From positions 2,784,001 through 2,848,000 of the forward strand of contig OZ244034.1 in the NCBI GenBank assembly GCA_965215185.1: a stretch of DNA of 64,000 bases, in the 5' to 3' direction. Below, one piece after another: positions 1 through 11,199 of this stretch. The notes below the pieces were generated by a model. That model did no database searches, had not been told where the DNA came from, and saw only the letters and a list, made by a program, of their open reading frames with translations. Position numbers and translations under genes: made by a program. The first letter of the stretch is position 1; each line of letters begins with the position of its first letter. The DNA is from Acidimicrobiia bacterium. Lineage in GTDB: Bacteria > Actinomycetota > Acidimicrobiia > Spongiisociales > ZC4RG35.

Positions 1-2
1 TC

Positions 3-1073
3 ATGAACTCGGCGGCCATCTCCAGCGTTTCTAGATTGGTGCAAAGCCGAGTGGCAGATTATGTGGCGGAGTTTTGCTCCGCCAACCAGAATCTCAGCAC
101 CCTCCTGATGGAGGCGATGCAACAGGGGCGACAGTCGCTGGCGTCTCTGTTGGACGTGGAGGTTGATGGGGTAACCGTTACTCACACCACCGGGTCGGCG
201 ATCTTCCATGTCGCCTTCGGTTTGAGGGGCGGGAACGTGGTGGCGCCAGAGGGGGAGTTCCCCACCAACCTCTATCCGTGGATTCGGGCTCAGCAGGCAG
301 GTCTGATCGATGAAGTACGCCGGGTTCCATTGCCGGATCATCGGCTTACCCCTGATAGTCTGCGGCCCTTCGTCGACTCGTCCACCCGGGTGGTGGCGGT
401 CAGCCATGTTGATTTTGCTACCGGGTTCCGCACCGATTTGGGGAAGCTTCGGGAGGCTTTCCCAACTCCGCTGCTGGTGGTGGACGCCATTCAGTCCCTG
501 GGCGCCTTCGGGGTGGATGCCAAGGCGGTGGATGTGGTGGCGGCGGGCAGCCACAAGTGGATGAGAGCGGGATTCGGAGGCGCGGTGATGATGGCTTCCG
601 ATCGCGCTATGCAACGCTTGACGCCGACCCTCACCGGATGGATGGGTGTGGCCGATCCACTGGACTTTCAGGCCCCTCCGCCCCACCCTCCCTCCCCATC
701 AGCCACCCGGTACCAAATGAGCAGCGATCCGGTGATGGGGGCGGTAGCGCTGGCCACCGCCTGTGAAGTGATCAATCTGGCCGGGCAGGCAGCCATCAGC
801 CGTCGTATCTCGGCGACAGTGGACAGGCTGGAGGAGGAGCTGGAGAGAGCCGGGTGCGAACTACGCCGGCCATGGAAGAACCCCAGCGAGAGGGCGGGGA
901 TCCTAACTTTCCGGGTACCGGGCCACCCATCTGGACAGGTGGTCGAGGATATGCGAGAACGAGGAGTGGTGCTGGCTGATCGAGCCGGATGGGTGAGAGT
1001 TTCTCCGCATGCCACCACCGCCGAGGAGTCCATCGACCTACTTTTGGAGGGGCTGTCTTCCCTGTTGTCTTAG
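3..1073 (+). CDS. Aminotransferase class V-fold PLP-dependent enzyme (probably 5'-partial)
   Basis: Motifs MNSAA, VAVSHVDFATG, VVDAIQSLG, GSHKW (PLP Lys), VRVSPH; lacks the RxGHHC catalytic Cys of SufS. Confidence 0.8.
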   Translation: MNSAAISSVSRLVQSRVADYVAEFCSANQNLSTLLMEAMQQGRQSLASLLDVEVDGVTVTHTTGSAIFHVAFGLRGGNVVAPEGEFPTNLYPWIRAQQAGLIDEVRRVPLPDHRLTPDSLRPFVDSSTRVVAVSHVDFATGFRTDLGKLREAFPTPLLVVDAIQSLGAFGVDAKAVDVVAAGSHKWMRAGFGGAVMMASDRAMQRLTPTLTGWMGVADPLDFQAPPPHPPSPSATRYQMSSDPVMGAVALATACEVINLAGQAAISRRISATVDRLEEELERAGCELRRPWKNPSERAGILTFRVPGHPSGQVVEDMRERGVVLADRAGWVRVSPHATTAEESIDLLLEGLSSLLS

Positions 1074-1171
1074 GAGAGACAAACACAAAAAGAGAGCCGC
1101 GGAGTTTTCAGTCGAGACGGCGCACTTATCGGATTTGGCGACTTGAGGTTCCCCACTGGATCGGAGTTTTT

Positions 1172-1615
1172 CTAAATGGCGGCTGCATCGTCCAATTCGG
1201 CTACCCGTTCAGCAACCTCCAGGGGTGGAAGGGTGCTGTCTACGGTGGTCTGTTCGGGGACGTCGGCGGTGGGGACCGGGTGGTTGGCGACCCAGATGAC
1301 CCTCCGAACCCCAGCTTCGGACGCGGCCTGCGCCCACTGGGCCAACAGTTGCGGGGCGTCGGCGGCGAAAGATATCTCTCGTCCGTCATGGACGGCTTCG
1401 CAGACCAAGACGGCGGTGTGACAGCGGAGGCATGCTGCGGACAGGTGTGAAGTGTCGGAGATGTCGCCCAGGGCCACCTTAACTCCCGCCTCTTTGAATC
1501 GGGCCCCCCGGAAAGGATCGGAGACAAATGCCCGGACCTCCCGGTCGGGGTCAGTCACCCGGTCGACAATCATCTCGCCGGTGGGAGTATCTGCTCCAAC
1601 CACGATCACCGGCAC
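1172..1615 (-). CDS. Short NAD(P)H-binding Rossmann protein (NmrA/NAD_binding_10-like)
   Basis: N-terminal VIVVGADTPTG, VRAFVSDP, VALGDISD. Confidence 0.65.
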   Translation of the reverse strand: MPVIVVGADTPTGEMIVDRVTDPDREVRAFVSDPFRGARFKEAGVKVALGDISDTSHLSAACLRCHTAVLVCEAVHDGREISFAADAPQLLAQWAQAASEAGVRRVIWVANHPVPTADVPEQTTVDSTLPPLEVAERVAELDDAAAI

Positions 1616-1740
1616 CTTTCAACACCTCCTGAGTGGGCTTCCCCGGCTTCGCTAGCCGGAATCCTGGGTTTTGGCGTATGCGATTTCCATTAGTTTAAAT
1701 GGATTCCTGCTAATAGGGGCTATTGGAGTACTCAGGTCTA

Positions 1741-4700
1741 ATGAACAAACGCAATTCCCGCTTTCACGACGCCTGTGGGGTGGGCCTGATTGCGGATCGG
1801 AGTCTGGCGCCTTCCTATCGGCTGACCAGGCTTGCCGTGGAGTGCCTGGTGCGGCTCGATCATCGCGGGGCCAAGACCGCCGACGGCACGGGCGATGGCG
1901 CCGGTCTTCTCACCCAGATACCCCGTCGGCTACTCAACCGGTACCTAAGCGGTATGGGGGTCACTGCTCCCAAACGTCTGGGAGTGGTAATGGCGTTTCT
2001 CCCCGCCGAAGACCCACGGCCGGGAGAGGAATTGGTCGAGGAAGCCCTGTTGAAGGAGAAAATGCCTCTATTGGCATGGCGTTCCGTACCCACCGATCCC
2101 GATTCTCTCAGCCCCCGCGCCCGCCGGTTGATGCCCGTCATTCGCCAGGCTTTGGTGAGCCTTCCCGGTGATCTCGATTCCGAAGATGTCGAAAGACGCC
2201 TGTTTCTGGCCAGAAAGCGTATGGAGAGGACAGGGGAGAGTCTCCAGTCCTTTTCGATCCCCAGTGCCTCGGCCCGCACGGTGGTGTACAAGGGTCTTTT
2301 CACTGCCAGGCGAATCAGCGACTTCTACTGGGACTTGGTGGACCCCGATTATGAGACATCCTTCGCCATTTTCCACCAGCGCTATTCCACCAACACCTCC
2401 CCCGCCTGGGAGATAGCCCAGCCTTTCCGGTCCCTCGCCCACAACGGGGAGATCAACACCATCTCGGCCAACCGGAGCTGGATGAAGGCGCGGGAGCGCA
2501 GTGTTCGTTCCCGAATCTGGGGAGACCGGCTGAAAGATCTGCGTCCCTTTGTGCAGCCCGGCCTTTCGGATTCCGCCAGCCTGGACAACGTGTTCGAGTT
2601 GCTTTTGCGCTCCGGACGTTCCCTCTCCCATGTCAAGGAGATGCTCATCCCACCGGTTTGGGATCAGGTTTTCACGGTTGAACCTGAGATACAAGATTTC
2701 TATGAGTACCACTCCTCTTTGACCGAACCCTGGGATGGTCCGGCGTCAGTGGCGGTCACCGACGGAATCTCACTTCTGGCCGGTATGGACCGAAACGGCC
2801 TGCGCCCGGCTCGTTGGACGATCACTCCCGACATGCTGATAGTGGCTTCGGAAGCGGGGGTGTGTCCGTCGGAGGAAGCGAAGGCGGAACGCACCGGGCA
2901 ACTGGGTCCGGGGGAGACGGTCCTCTTCGACGGGGAAACCGGACGGATCCGGTTCAGCGACGAGATTCGCGCCGAATTGAGTGGGCGCCGCCCCTACGGG
3001 GAGTGGACAGAGCATCAGACCCTCTACGTCCAGAAGCCTTTTTCTGCCCATGAAAGGTTCGAGATAGAACATGAGAGACTGTGCCGGGTGTTCGGCTACA
3101 CGGCGGAGGAGCATCGTCTGATCCTCGCCGATATGGCCTTGGGTAAGAGCCCGCTGGGCTCGATGGGAAGCGATACCCCTCTGGCCGCTTTCTCCGGGCG
3201 TCCCCGACGGCTGAGCCATTACTTCCATCAGCTTTTCGCGCAGGTAACCAATCCCCCCATGGATCCCATTCGAGAGAAAGCCATGATGTCTCTGCGAACC
3301 TATCTGGGAGGGCGGGGATCGTTCTTGGCGGACAGCTATCGACCCTTCGCCCGAATGGAGCTGATGTCTCCAGTGCTGTCCCTCGCCGAACTGGAAATGG
3401 TGGTGCGATCCGGCGATCCACGCCTGTTCTCGCATTGGATTCCGTGTGTGTGGCCGGTCGAGGAAGGCCAGGAGGGCATGAAACGGAGGCTCGACCAAAT
3501 CTGTGAAGAGGCGGTGGAGGCCACCGAGCAGGGAGCCAGCATCATCGTGCTGTCGGATCGGGAAGTCGACTCCGCCCATGCCCCGACGCCCATGATGTTG
3601 GCGGTGGGGGCGGTGCACCGTTGTCTGATCGAACGTGGCCTGCGGCTGCAGGTCTCCATAGTGGCGGTGTCCGGAGAGACTCGCGACAGCCACGATCTGG
3701 CCTGTCTGGTGGCCTACGGAGCATCGGCCGTCAATCCCTATTTGGCGATTCGTGAGATCATGAACATGGCCCACGACGGTGTGTTGAGGGTGAACCCGGT
3801 GGAGGCCCAGGAAAACTACCGGAACGCATTGCAGAACGGCCTTTTGAAGGTGATGTCCAAAATGGGGATCTGTACGGTCTCCGCCTACCGAGGAAGCGAA
3901 TTGTTCGAAGCGCTGGGACTGGACACCGAGGTGTTGGAGTTTGCCTTCCCCAACACGCCCAGCAGGTTGTCGGGCCGGGGCTTTGATCACCTAGCCTGGA
4001 ATACCCTCCGTTTGCATTCCCTCTACACGTCGGGGACGGAGGATCCGGGGGGTTTCTACAAGCAGCGAGGAAGGGGAGAGTTCCACGTAACCAGTCCCAG
4101 TGTGGTGCTTTCCTTGCAGAGGGCGGCCCGGTCGGGGAACCAAGAAGACTGGGACCGCTACCTGAAAACGATCCAGCAGCGACCCGTCACCCACATTCGT
4201 GATCTCTTGACATTCGTGGAACAGACCCCGGTTCGTCTCTCGGAAGTGGAGCCGGCCGAGTCCATAATGCGTCGATTCGTGACCTCGGCGATGTCTCATG
4301 GCGCTCTTTCCAAGGAGGCGCACGAGGCCTTGGCTCAAGCCATGACCCTTATCGGAGGCAATTCCAACTCCGGCGAGGGTGGAGAGGGCCCCGAACGCTA
4401 TGGCACGCCGCGCAACTCTTCCATCAAGCAGGTGGCGAGCGGGCGTTTCGGGGTGACTCCCGGATATCTCCACTCGGCCTCTGAACTGCAGATCAAGATG
4501 GCCCAGGGATCCAAACCCGGAGAGGGCGGCCAGTTGCCGGGACATAAAGTATCTCCGGAGATTGCCCGGCTGCGCCACACCAAGCCGGGGGTGACCCTCA
4601 TCTCCCCCCCACCCCATCATGACATTTATTCGATCGAGGATCTTGCTCAACTCATCTATGACCTAAAAACCTTCAAGCCAACGGTCAAGGTCTCTGTCAA

Positions 4701-6111
4701 ACTGGTCTCCGAGCCGGGGGTGGGCACCATCGCGGCGGGAGTAGTCAAAGCCCAAGCGGATGTGGTACTGATTTCGGGCGCCGAGGGAGGCACTGGCGCT
4801 TCGCCTCTGGAGTCGATCAAACACGCCGGCTCCCCCTGGGAGCTGGGTTTGGCGGAAGCCCATCAGACCCTAACCGCTGACGGCTTGAGGGGTGGAGTGG
4901 AGTTGGAGACCGACGGGGGGCTTCGCACCGGACGGGATATGGTCATCGCGGCCCTGCTGGGCGCTGATCGCTTCGGGTTCGGAACCCTGCCCCTCCTGGC
5001 TCTGGGCTGCAAGATGGTGCGACAATGCCATCTCAACACCTGTCCGGTGGGGATTGCCACCCAGCGGGAGGATCTGCGGGCCAAGTACACCGGGAAGGTG
5101 GAGCAGGTGGTAGGGGTCTTTCGGATGCTGGCCGAAGAGGCCAGACGTTACCTGGCGCTTTTGGGCACCCGCAACGTGGAGGAGGTGATCGGGAGATCCG
5201 ATCTACTGGCGCCGGTTGATCATCCCCTGGCCGCCAGTCTCGGCCCATTGCTGGCGCGGTCCGACTCCCGACCCCGCCACCCGGGATTCCGCAGCTTCCA
5301 GATTTCCAAGCTGTCTCGGCGACTGGCGGAAGAAGCGAAAGAAGCGATCGAGGGGGGAGTCCCCATCCACATGTCCTATCCCATCTCCAACACCGACCGC
5401 ACGGTAGGCGCTCGGCTGTCGGGGATGGTTACTTCCCGATGGGGCTTGGAAGGTTTGCCCAAAGACTCGGTTTCGGTGACATTGTCTGGCACGGCCGGGC
5501 AGAGCTTTGGCGCCTGGTTGGCGCCCGGCATCTCTCTGCGCCTGGATGGCGTAGCCAACGACTATGTGGGCAAGGGCATGGGAGGAGGACGGATCGTGGT
5601 GGTGCCCCGCCGGACCGAGAGCAACCCCGAGGCGGTTCCCCATGTCGCCGGCAATGCCGTGATGTATGGCGCCACCGGGGGAAACCTTTTCATGTCAGGG
5701 ACGGTCGGCCAGCGGTTTGCCGTCCGAAACTCGGGCGGAACCGCGGTGGTGGAGGGTTGCTCTGACCACGGCTGCGAATACATGACAGGAGGCACGGTGG
5801 TGATCCTGGGCCCGGTTGGCGGCAATTTCGCGGCGGGAATGACCGGCGGTGTGAGCTACGTATGGGACCCAGACTTCCGGCTGCAGGGGTTTCTGGCAGA
5901 TACTTCTCCGGCGGTCCGAAGACCCACCGACCAGGACACGAAGGAGATTCGGCGCTTGGTGACCCTTTATCGCCAGCACACCAAGAGTCCGGTGGCGGAG
6001 CGGATCTTGAACTCCTGGTCGCGGGAAGCGAGTCGTTTTTGGGTTCTTGAAGCGGCTCGAAGGGTTCCGCTGAGTCCCACTCAGCCGCTATTGGCCTCGG
6101 TTCGCCCCTGA
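1741..6111 (+). CDS. gltB: Glutamate synthase large subunit
   Basis: HDACGVG (Ntn Cys), HQRYSTNT, AHNGEIN, IKQVASGRFGV, KPGEGGQLPGHKV, CKMVRQCHLNTCPVG, C-terminal GXGXG domain; ATG at 1741. Confidence 0.97.
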   Translation: MNKRNSRFHDACGVGLIADRSLAPSYRLTRLAVECLVRLDHRGAKTADGTGDGAGLLTQIPRRLLNRYLSGMGVTAPKRLGVVMAFLPAEDPRPGEELVEEALLKEKMPLLAWRSVPTDPDSLSPRARRLMPVIRQALVSLPGDLDSEDVERRLFLARKRMERTGESLQSFSIPSASARTVVYKGLFTARRISDFYWDLVDPDYETSFAIFHQRYSTNTSPAWEIAQPFRSLAHNGEINTISANRSWMKARERSVRSRIWGDRLKDLRPFVQPGLSDSASLDNVFELLLRSGRSLSHVKEMLIPPVWDQVFTVEPEIQDFYEYHSSLTEPWDGPASVAVTDGISLLAGMDRNGLRPARWTITPDMLIVASEAGVCPSEEAKAERTGQLGPGETVLFDGETGRIRFSDEIRAELSGRRPYGEWTEHQTLYVQKPFSAHERFEIEHERLCRVFGYTAEEHRLILADMALGKSPLGSMGSDTPLAAFSGRPRRLSHYFHQLFAQVTNPPMDPIREKAMMSLRTYLGGRGSFLADSYRPFARMELMSPVLSLAELEMVVRSGDPRLFSHWIPCVWPVEEGQEGMKRRLDQICEEAVEATEQGASIIVLSDREVDSAHAPTPMMLAVGAVHRCLIERGLRLQVSIVAVSGETRDSHDLACLVAYGASAVNPYLAIREIMNMAHDGVLRVNPVEAQENYRNALQNGLLKVMSKMGICTVSAYRGSELFEALGLDTEVLEFAFPNTPSRLSGRGFDHLAWNTLRLHSLYTSGTEDPGGFYKQRGRGEFHVTSPSVVLSLQRAARSGNQEDWDRYLKTIQQRPVTHIRDLLTFVEQTPVRLSEVEPAESIMRRFVTSAMSHGALSKEAHEALAQAMTLIGGNSNSGEGGEGPERYGTPRNSSIKQVASGRFGVTPGYLHSASELQIKMAQGSKPGEGGQLPGHKVSPEIARLRHTKPGVTLISPPPHHDIYSIEDLAQLIYDLKTFKPTVKVSVKLVSEPGVGTIAAGVVKAQADVVLISGAEGGTGASPLESIKHAGSPWELGLAEAHQTLTADGLRGGVELETDGGLRTGRDMVIAALLGADRFGFGTLPLLALGCKMVRQCHLNTCPVGIATQREDLRAKYTGKVEQVVGVFRMLAEEARRYLALLGTRNVEEVIGRSDLLAPVDHPLAASLGPLLARSDSRPRHPGFRSFQISKLSRRLAEEAKEAIEGGVPIHMSYPISNTDRTVGARLSGMVTSRWGLEGLPKDSVSVTLSGTAGQSFGAWLAPGISLRLDGVANDYVGKGMGGGRIVVVPRRTESNPEAVPHVAGNAVMYGATGGNLFMSGTVGQRFAVRNSGGTAVVEGCSDHGCEYMTGGTVVILGPVGGNFAAGMTGGVSYVWDPDFRLQGFLADTSPAVRRPTDQDTKEIRRLVTLYRQHTKSPVAERILNSWSREASRFWVLEAARRVPLSPTQPLLASVRP

Positions 6112-6191
6112 GAGACAAAAACGGGCGATGCGGGGCCGCCGGGAGGATGGTAGTATTTTAATGACCAACGGCCATTTGGTGAAAGAGGTGT

Positions 6192-7607
6192 TTGGTGGCA
6201 ACTGTTGATATTGATCTGGGAGCCTACAAGCTGGGATGGCACGACTCCGAGGAAGACTACGTCTTCAAACCGGAAAAGGGCCTTTCGGAGGAGATAATCC
6301 GGCAGATGTCGGCTATGAAGGAAGAACCGGAGTGGATGCTCTCCTTCCGGTTACGCGCCTACAAGCACTTTCTGGCCAAACCCATCCCCACCTGGGGAGG
6401 GGGAGGCCAGCTCGACGAGATCGATTTCAACAACATCTATTACTACGTAAAGCCCACCGAGACACAGGCCCACACCTGGGATATGGTTCCCGAGGAGATC
6501 AAGGCCACCTACGAGAAGCTGGGAATCCCCCAGGCGGAGCGTAAGTTTCTGGCAGGCGTCACCGCCCAATACGAGTCGGAGGTGGTGTATCACCGAAACC
6601 GGGACGACTTGGAAGAATTGGGCGTGTTGTTCTGTGACATGGACACCGCAGTGCGGGAATATCCCGACCTGGTCAGAAAGTATTTCGGGACGATCATCCC
6701 TCCCAACGACAACAAATTCGCCGCTCTCAACTCCTCCGTTTGGTCGGGAGGTTCCTTCATCTATGTTCCTCCGGGCGTGCATGTCGACCAGCCACTGCAG
6801 GCCTATTTCCGGATCAACTCCGAGAACATGGGCCAGTTCGAGCGGACTCTGATCATCGTTGACGAGGGCGCCTACTGCCACTATGTGGAGGGTTGCTCGG
6901 CCCCCGTTTACACCACCGACTCTCTCCATTCGGCGGTGGTGGAGATTGCTGTCCTCCGAGGTGGACGCTGTCGATACACCACCATTCAAAACTGGTCCAA
7001 CAACGTCTTCAACCTGGTAACCAAACGGGCCGCGGCCTATGCCGACGCCACTATGGAATGGGTGGACGGCAATATAGGATCGCGCCTGACCATGAAGTAT
7101 CCGGCGGTGTGGCTAATGGAGCCGGGCGCCCATGGGGAAGTGCTGTCCATAGCCTTTGCCAGCTCGGGACAGCATCAGGATGCAGGGGCCAAGATGGTTC
7201 ATGTCGCTCCGGACACGACTTCCACCATTGTCTCCAAGTCGATCTGCCGAGCGGGCGGCCGGGCGGGATATCGAGGTCTGGTGAGGGTGGAGCCGGGCGC
7301 GGAGCGATCGAAGAGCTTTGTGCGCTGCGATGCCTTGATTCTGGACGAAGAGTCTCGTTCTGACACATATCCCTACATGGAGATCGAGGAAAATGATGCC
7401 GAGATCGGTCATGAGGCGACCGTTTCCAAGGTGGGAGAGGAGCAGTTGTTCTATCTCATGAGCCGAGGCCTCAGCGAGGATCAGGCCACCTCAATGGTGG
7501 TGGCCGGGTTCATCGAGCCGATAGTGAAAGAACTCCCGATGGAGTATGCGGTGGAGATGAATCGTCTCATCGAGTTGAACATGGCCGAGTCGGGCGCCGT
7601 CGGCTGA
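6192..7607 (+). CDS. sufB: Fe-S cluster assembly protein SufB
   Basis: [60 protein letters not shown]. Confidence 0.97.
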   Translation: MVATVDIDLGAYKLGWHDSEEDYVFKPEKGLSEEIIRQMSAMKEEPEWMLSFRLRAYKHFLAKPIPTWGGGGQLDEIDFNNIYYYVKPTETQAHTWDMVPEEIKATYEKLGIPQAERKFLAGVTAQYESEVVYHRNRDDLEELGVLFCDMDTAVREYPDLVRKYFGTIIPPNDNKFAALNSSVWSGGSFIYVPPGVHVDQPLQAYFRINSENMGQFERTLIIVDEGAYCHYVEGCSAPVYTTDSLHSAVVEIAVLRGGRCRYTTIQNWSNNVFNLVTKRAAAYADATMEWVDGNIGSRLTMKYPAVWLMEPGAHGEVLSIAFASSGQHQDAGAKMVHVAPDTTSTIVSKSICRAGGRAGYRGLVRVEPGAERSKSFVRCDALILDEESRSDTYPYMEIEENDAEIGHEATVSKVGEEQLFYLMSRGLSEDQATSMVVAGFIEPIVKELPMEYAVEMNRLIELNMAESGAVG

Positions 7608-7632
7608 ACAGCCCCGGAGACCTTTTGGGGTT

Positions 7633-7920
7633 CTAGCTGGAGGTAGGTGGGCGAGCAGATCGCCCGGACCGGCGTCCGCCAATCAGATTGAGCAACGCCA
7701 CGAACAGTGCTGCTCCGATTACCGCCCAAATCACCGGGAAACCTCTGATTTCCCAAAGGGTTGGCCAACCCAGCAGGCCGGCCAACCAGGAACCCAGAAG
7801 GGAACCAACCCAACCCAAGACGACGGAGGCCCAACAACCTGTGGTGGGACTGCCGGCCAGTCTGGCGCCGACCGCTCCGGCGAACGCGGCGATCACCACC
7901 GAAAACAGAAAGCCGAACAT
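7633..7920 (-). CDS. GlsB/YeaQ/YmgE family small membrane protein
   Basis: 95 aa Gly-rich hydrophobic protein with three TM segments, LGWVGSLLGSWL, AVIGAALFVALL. Confidence 0.75.
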   Translation of the reverse strand: MFGFLFSVVIAAFAGAVGARLAGSPTTGCWASVVLGWVGSLLGSWLAGLLGWPTLWEIRGFPVIWAVIGAALFVALLNLIGGRRSGRSARPPTSS

Positions 7921-7958
7921 CAGGTATACCTTAACCCCGGTGTTACCTAATCTCGATA

Positions 7959-9452
7959 GTGAATATGTCTTGGCGCAGGCTCTGGACCCGCAGGTTGTTG
8001 ACCTTGATCACCCTCGGTTGGGTGATTTGGATGTTGTGGCTGATTTTCGATGACAATCAGCCCTTTACTCTCTATGTGTTGGATGACGATGGGCTGGGGA
8101 TAGGGGATGCAACGGTCCTCCATGATGGGGAGGTGGTGAATGTCACCGATCTAGAGGGATCAGCCGTATTGGATTGGGTGCCGGATGGGCGCCGATATGT
8201 CCTGATCTCCCCGGGCCACCTACAGAAAACGGTCACCGTCGCCGGTCCGCCTCAGAGTTCTCTGGCCGTTCATCTCCGGCCGCGGACGCTGCGAGGAAGA
8301 GTGACCGACCCCAATCAGATTCCTGTTGAAGGGGCGCTGGTGAGTTCGGGGTCGGTGAGAACCCTTACCGGCGGCGACGGAAGGTTCATCCTGGAGAGGG
8401 TGGAAGAGGGCGAGATTGATGTGACCCGGCCGGCTTGGATCGGCGCCACGTATCAATGGGACGGCGGTCCGGGAGACACCGAACTGATCATCTCCCAACT
8501 CGTGGTGAGGGCAGTGCATGTAGCGGCGGGCGTGGCCGGAGATCGGGTGGAATGGGATGCCATGGTGAAGCTTGTGCAGGAGACCGAGTTGAACGGGGTG
8601 ATGTTGGATATCAAAGACGAAACGGGACAGGTCTTTTACGATTCCCAGGTCGAGTTGGCCCGGGAGGTGAGAGCGGTGAATCCACAATACGACTTGGGGG
8701 GATTGGCCGACCAACTGGAGCGACAGGGCATTTATCTTATCGGCAGAATCGTGGCTTTCCAGGACCCCACCGCCAGTTTGAAAAAGCCGACCATGGCCGT
8801 ATGGGACTCCCAACTGGGCCAGCCCTATCGGCAGGGACATCAGTACTTCTTGGATCCCACCGATCCCCAGGCCCGTGCCTACGCGCTGGATTTGGCGGTG
8901 GAGACATGCGGTTTGGGAGTGGATGAAATCCAATTCGACTACATAAGGTTTCCCGACTCGCGCCGACCATCGGCCATTTTCGATGGGCCCATCGACTCCG
9001 AGTCACGGGTGGCCACCATCAACTCCTTCCTGGAAGAGGCACGGGCTCTGCTGTGGCCGATGGGATGTGCAGTGGCGGCGGACATCTTCGGATTTCTGAC
9101 CACCGTGCCCGATGACGGGGGTATCGGCCAGCAGTGGGAGAGAATCACCCGGGTGTTGGATGTCGTCTCACCCATGCTCTATCCCAGCCACTACGACGAC
9201 GGGTGGTTCGGCTATGACAAGCCCAACAGCCATCCCGGCGGAGTGGTTAATGCGGCATTGGAGGACGCCGTTGCCCGGATGCAAACCGGGGTGGTGATTC
9301 GTCCCTGGCTGCAGGACTTTGGTCATCGAGATGACCAGGTCCGGTCATCTATAGATGCCGCTGAAGGGTTTAACCTGGGCTGGATGCTGTGGAACCCGGT
9401 AAGCGAAGTGTCCACGGGCGCGCTTAGATCCCAGGACGCACCCGGGAGCTGA
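7959..9452 (+). CDS. Membrane-anchored putative glycoside hydrolase (DUF4015-like) with carboxypeptidase-regulatory-like domain
   Basis: N-terminal TM; LRGRVTD..PVEGALV; LNGVMLDIKDETG, GRIVAFQDP, DEIQFDYIRFP, SPMLYPSHY, IRPWLQDF. Confidence 0.8.
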   Translation: MNMSWRRLWTRRLLTLITLGWVIWMLWLIFDDNQPFTLYVLDDDGLGIGDATVLHDGEVVNVTDLEGSAVLDWVPDGRRYVLISPGHLQKTVTVAGPPQSSLAVHLRPRTLRGRVTDPNQIPVEGALVSSGSVRTLTGGDGRFILERVEEGEIDVTRPAWIGATYQWDGGPGDTELIISQLVVRAVHVAAGVAGDRVEWDAMVKLVQETELNGVMLDIKDETGQVFYDSQVELAREVRAVNPQYDLGGLADQLERQGIYLIGRIVAFQDPTASLKKPTMAVWDSQLGQPYRQGHQYFLDPTDPQARAYALDLAVETCGLGVDEIQFDYIRFPDSRRPSAIFDGPIDSESRVATINSFLEEARALLWPMGCAVAADIFGFLTTVPDDGGIGQQWERITRVLDVVSPMLYPSHYDDGWFGYDKPNSHPGGVVNAALEDAVARMQTGVVIRPWLQDFGHRDDQVRSSIDAAEGFNLGWMLWNPVSEVSTGALRSQDAPGS

Positions 9453-9838
9453 GGCGCTGGCATTTTCTGCCTGCTCCCCGCGCCCGCCAGTCCCATAGGA
9501 AACGCCCAAGAGTCGACCATCAGCATTTCGCCCAGGGAACAAAGGAGTCAAAACCCGTGCTGTTTGTGGGAAGAGTGCCGCTGCGGTGGGACCTGCTGGG
9601 CACAGCCCGTATCAATGATCGCAAAATCGAGGCGGTGTCCCGATCGCAGCGGTCTCTGATCACTTCGCTAGCGAGTCGGGATGCCGGCCGGCGCGTTCCT
9701 ATGCAAAGTCACGGCGAATCCCGTACGTCTGGAGACTATGCCCGGCTCCCGTCTTTCCGCTATCTGAGAGCGCGGTGAATATGGCTACCATCCGCGTCTT
9801 GATGGAGCCAGCGGCAAATCGGAAGGTGGTGACGGTCA

Positions 9839-10219
9839 GTGAGTGATAACGGCCTTTTCGGACATCTCACCATGCTTCAGCATGTGAACTTACCGACAAC
9901 CGATTTGGCTGTGGCCAGGGAGTTCTATATCGAAAAGCTCGGTCTGCCTGAACTTCCACGCCCAGATTTCGGGGTCCCTGGAGTCTGGGTGGGGGCCGGA
10001 CCGAAGCATGCCATTCACATCTTGGAGGTGTACGCGGTGGGATCGAATGCCAACAATCATTTTGCCCTGGAGGTCGAGAGGTTGGATGAGCTATTGCGCC
10101 GGCTAACCGCCCGGGGAGTGGAGCATAATCGTGCACGCCATACGCCCGGCGCCGGCCATCAGGCATTTATCCGAGACCCGGACGGAAACGTCATAGAGTT
10201 GATACAACCTCCCGGTTGA
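9839..10219 (+). CDS. VOC/glyoxalase family protein
   Basis: LQHVNL, FYIEKLGL, HFALEV, FIRDPDGNVIEL; start may be ATG 9872. Confidence 0.88.
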   Translation: MSDNGLFGHLTMLQHVNLPTTDLAVAREFYIEKLGLPELPRPDFGVPGVWVGAGPKHAIHILEVYAVGSNANNHFALEVERLDELLRRLTARGVEHNRARHTPGAGHQAFIRDPDGNVIELIQPPG

Positions 10220-11199
10220 TCGGGACGGCAGCCATGGTCAGGAATCGCACTTTCGGGGAGGCCAGTTTGGAGATACCCAGCGACGCCCCTGCCGGAGTGC
10301 TCGCATTCAACGCTGAACTTGAGAGGGACACTCGTCATCTTCCCAAGATTTCGGACGTGGGCCCGGTGGTTGCCCGACAGGCTCGGGAGGAGGGCAAATC
10401 GGTGTTCGGACCTTTGGTGTACTCGGACCGTGCTTCTGAGAAGGTGGTGGAAGGTCCATTCGGACCGCTCCGCTTCCGAGTTATACCACCCGTTGGTCGG
10501 CCTCGTGGGGTTTTCTTGCACATTCATGGCGGGGGGTGGGTGGTGGGCGGCCCCCACCATCATGACCCGATGCTGGAAAGACTCGCCGACGCCACCGGAC
10601 TGACCGTGGTATCCACCTACTATCGGTTGGCTCCTGAACACCCCTACCCGGCAGGACCGGACGACTGCGAGGCGGCGGCACTGTGGTTGCATCACAATGC
10701 TTCCGACAGCTTCGGGGCGCAACTGTTGGCCATAGGAGGAGAATCCGCAGGCGCCCATCTGGCCGCCGTTACCTGTCTTCGGCTCAGAGACAGTCATGGG
10801 CTCGCCCCTTTCCGAGCAGCATTGCTCACCTACGGGGCATATGACTTGCGGGGCACCCCCTCGGTGTTGGAAGCGGGAGAAGGGACATTGATTCTCACCA
10901 CTTCCATCATCTCATGGTTTACAGAACAGTTCGCTGGCCACCATGACCTATGCGACCCCGATCTCTCCCCGATATTTGCCGACCTCCGCGGTCTACCTCC
11001 GGCGTTGTTCACCGTAGGAACCATCGATCCACTGTTTGATGATTCACTATTCATGTTCAGCCGGTGGCGGAAGGCTGCCAACCAAGCAGAACTGGCCATC
11101 TGGCCGAAGGGAATCCATGCCTTCGACTATTTCGAAAACGAATATGGCCGGGCGGCTCGAGAGCGTATGCACATGTTCTTGAACCGAGTCCTTAGCTGA
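10216..11199 (+). CDS. HSL-family alpha/beta hydrolase (esterase/lipase)
   Basis: HGGG oxyanion motif, YRLAPEHPYPA, GESAG nucleophile, DPL and HAF triad motifs. Confidence 0.92.
   Translation: MIGTAAMVRNRTFGEASLEIPSDAPAGVLAFNAELERDTRHLPKISDVGPVVARQAREEGKSVFGPLVYSDRASEKVVEGPFGPLRFRVIPPVGRPRGVFLHIHGGGWVVGGPHHHDPMLERLADATGLTVVSTYYRLAPEHPYPAGPDDCEAAALWLHHNASDSFGAQLLAIGGESAGAHLAAVTCLRLRDSHGLAPFRAALLTYGAYDLRGTPSVLEAGEGTLILTTSIISWFTEQFAGHHDLCDPDLSPIFADLRGLPPALFTVGTIDPLFDDSLFMFSRWRKAANQAELAIWPKGIHAFDYFENEYGRAARERMHMFLNRVLS

Noticed and set aside
3-1073. The PLP enzyme as the missing SufS
   Set aside because: It lacks the RxGHHC or SSGSAC catalytic cysteine motif (reads DRAGWVRVSPH).
9453-9838. 385-bp gap with a 73 aa ORF (9557-9778) after an AAGGAG
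   Set aside because: No recognisable motif, riboswitch or repeat; it cannot be supported from sequence alone.
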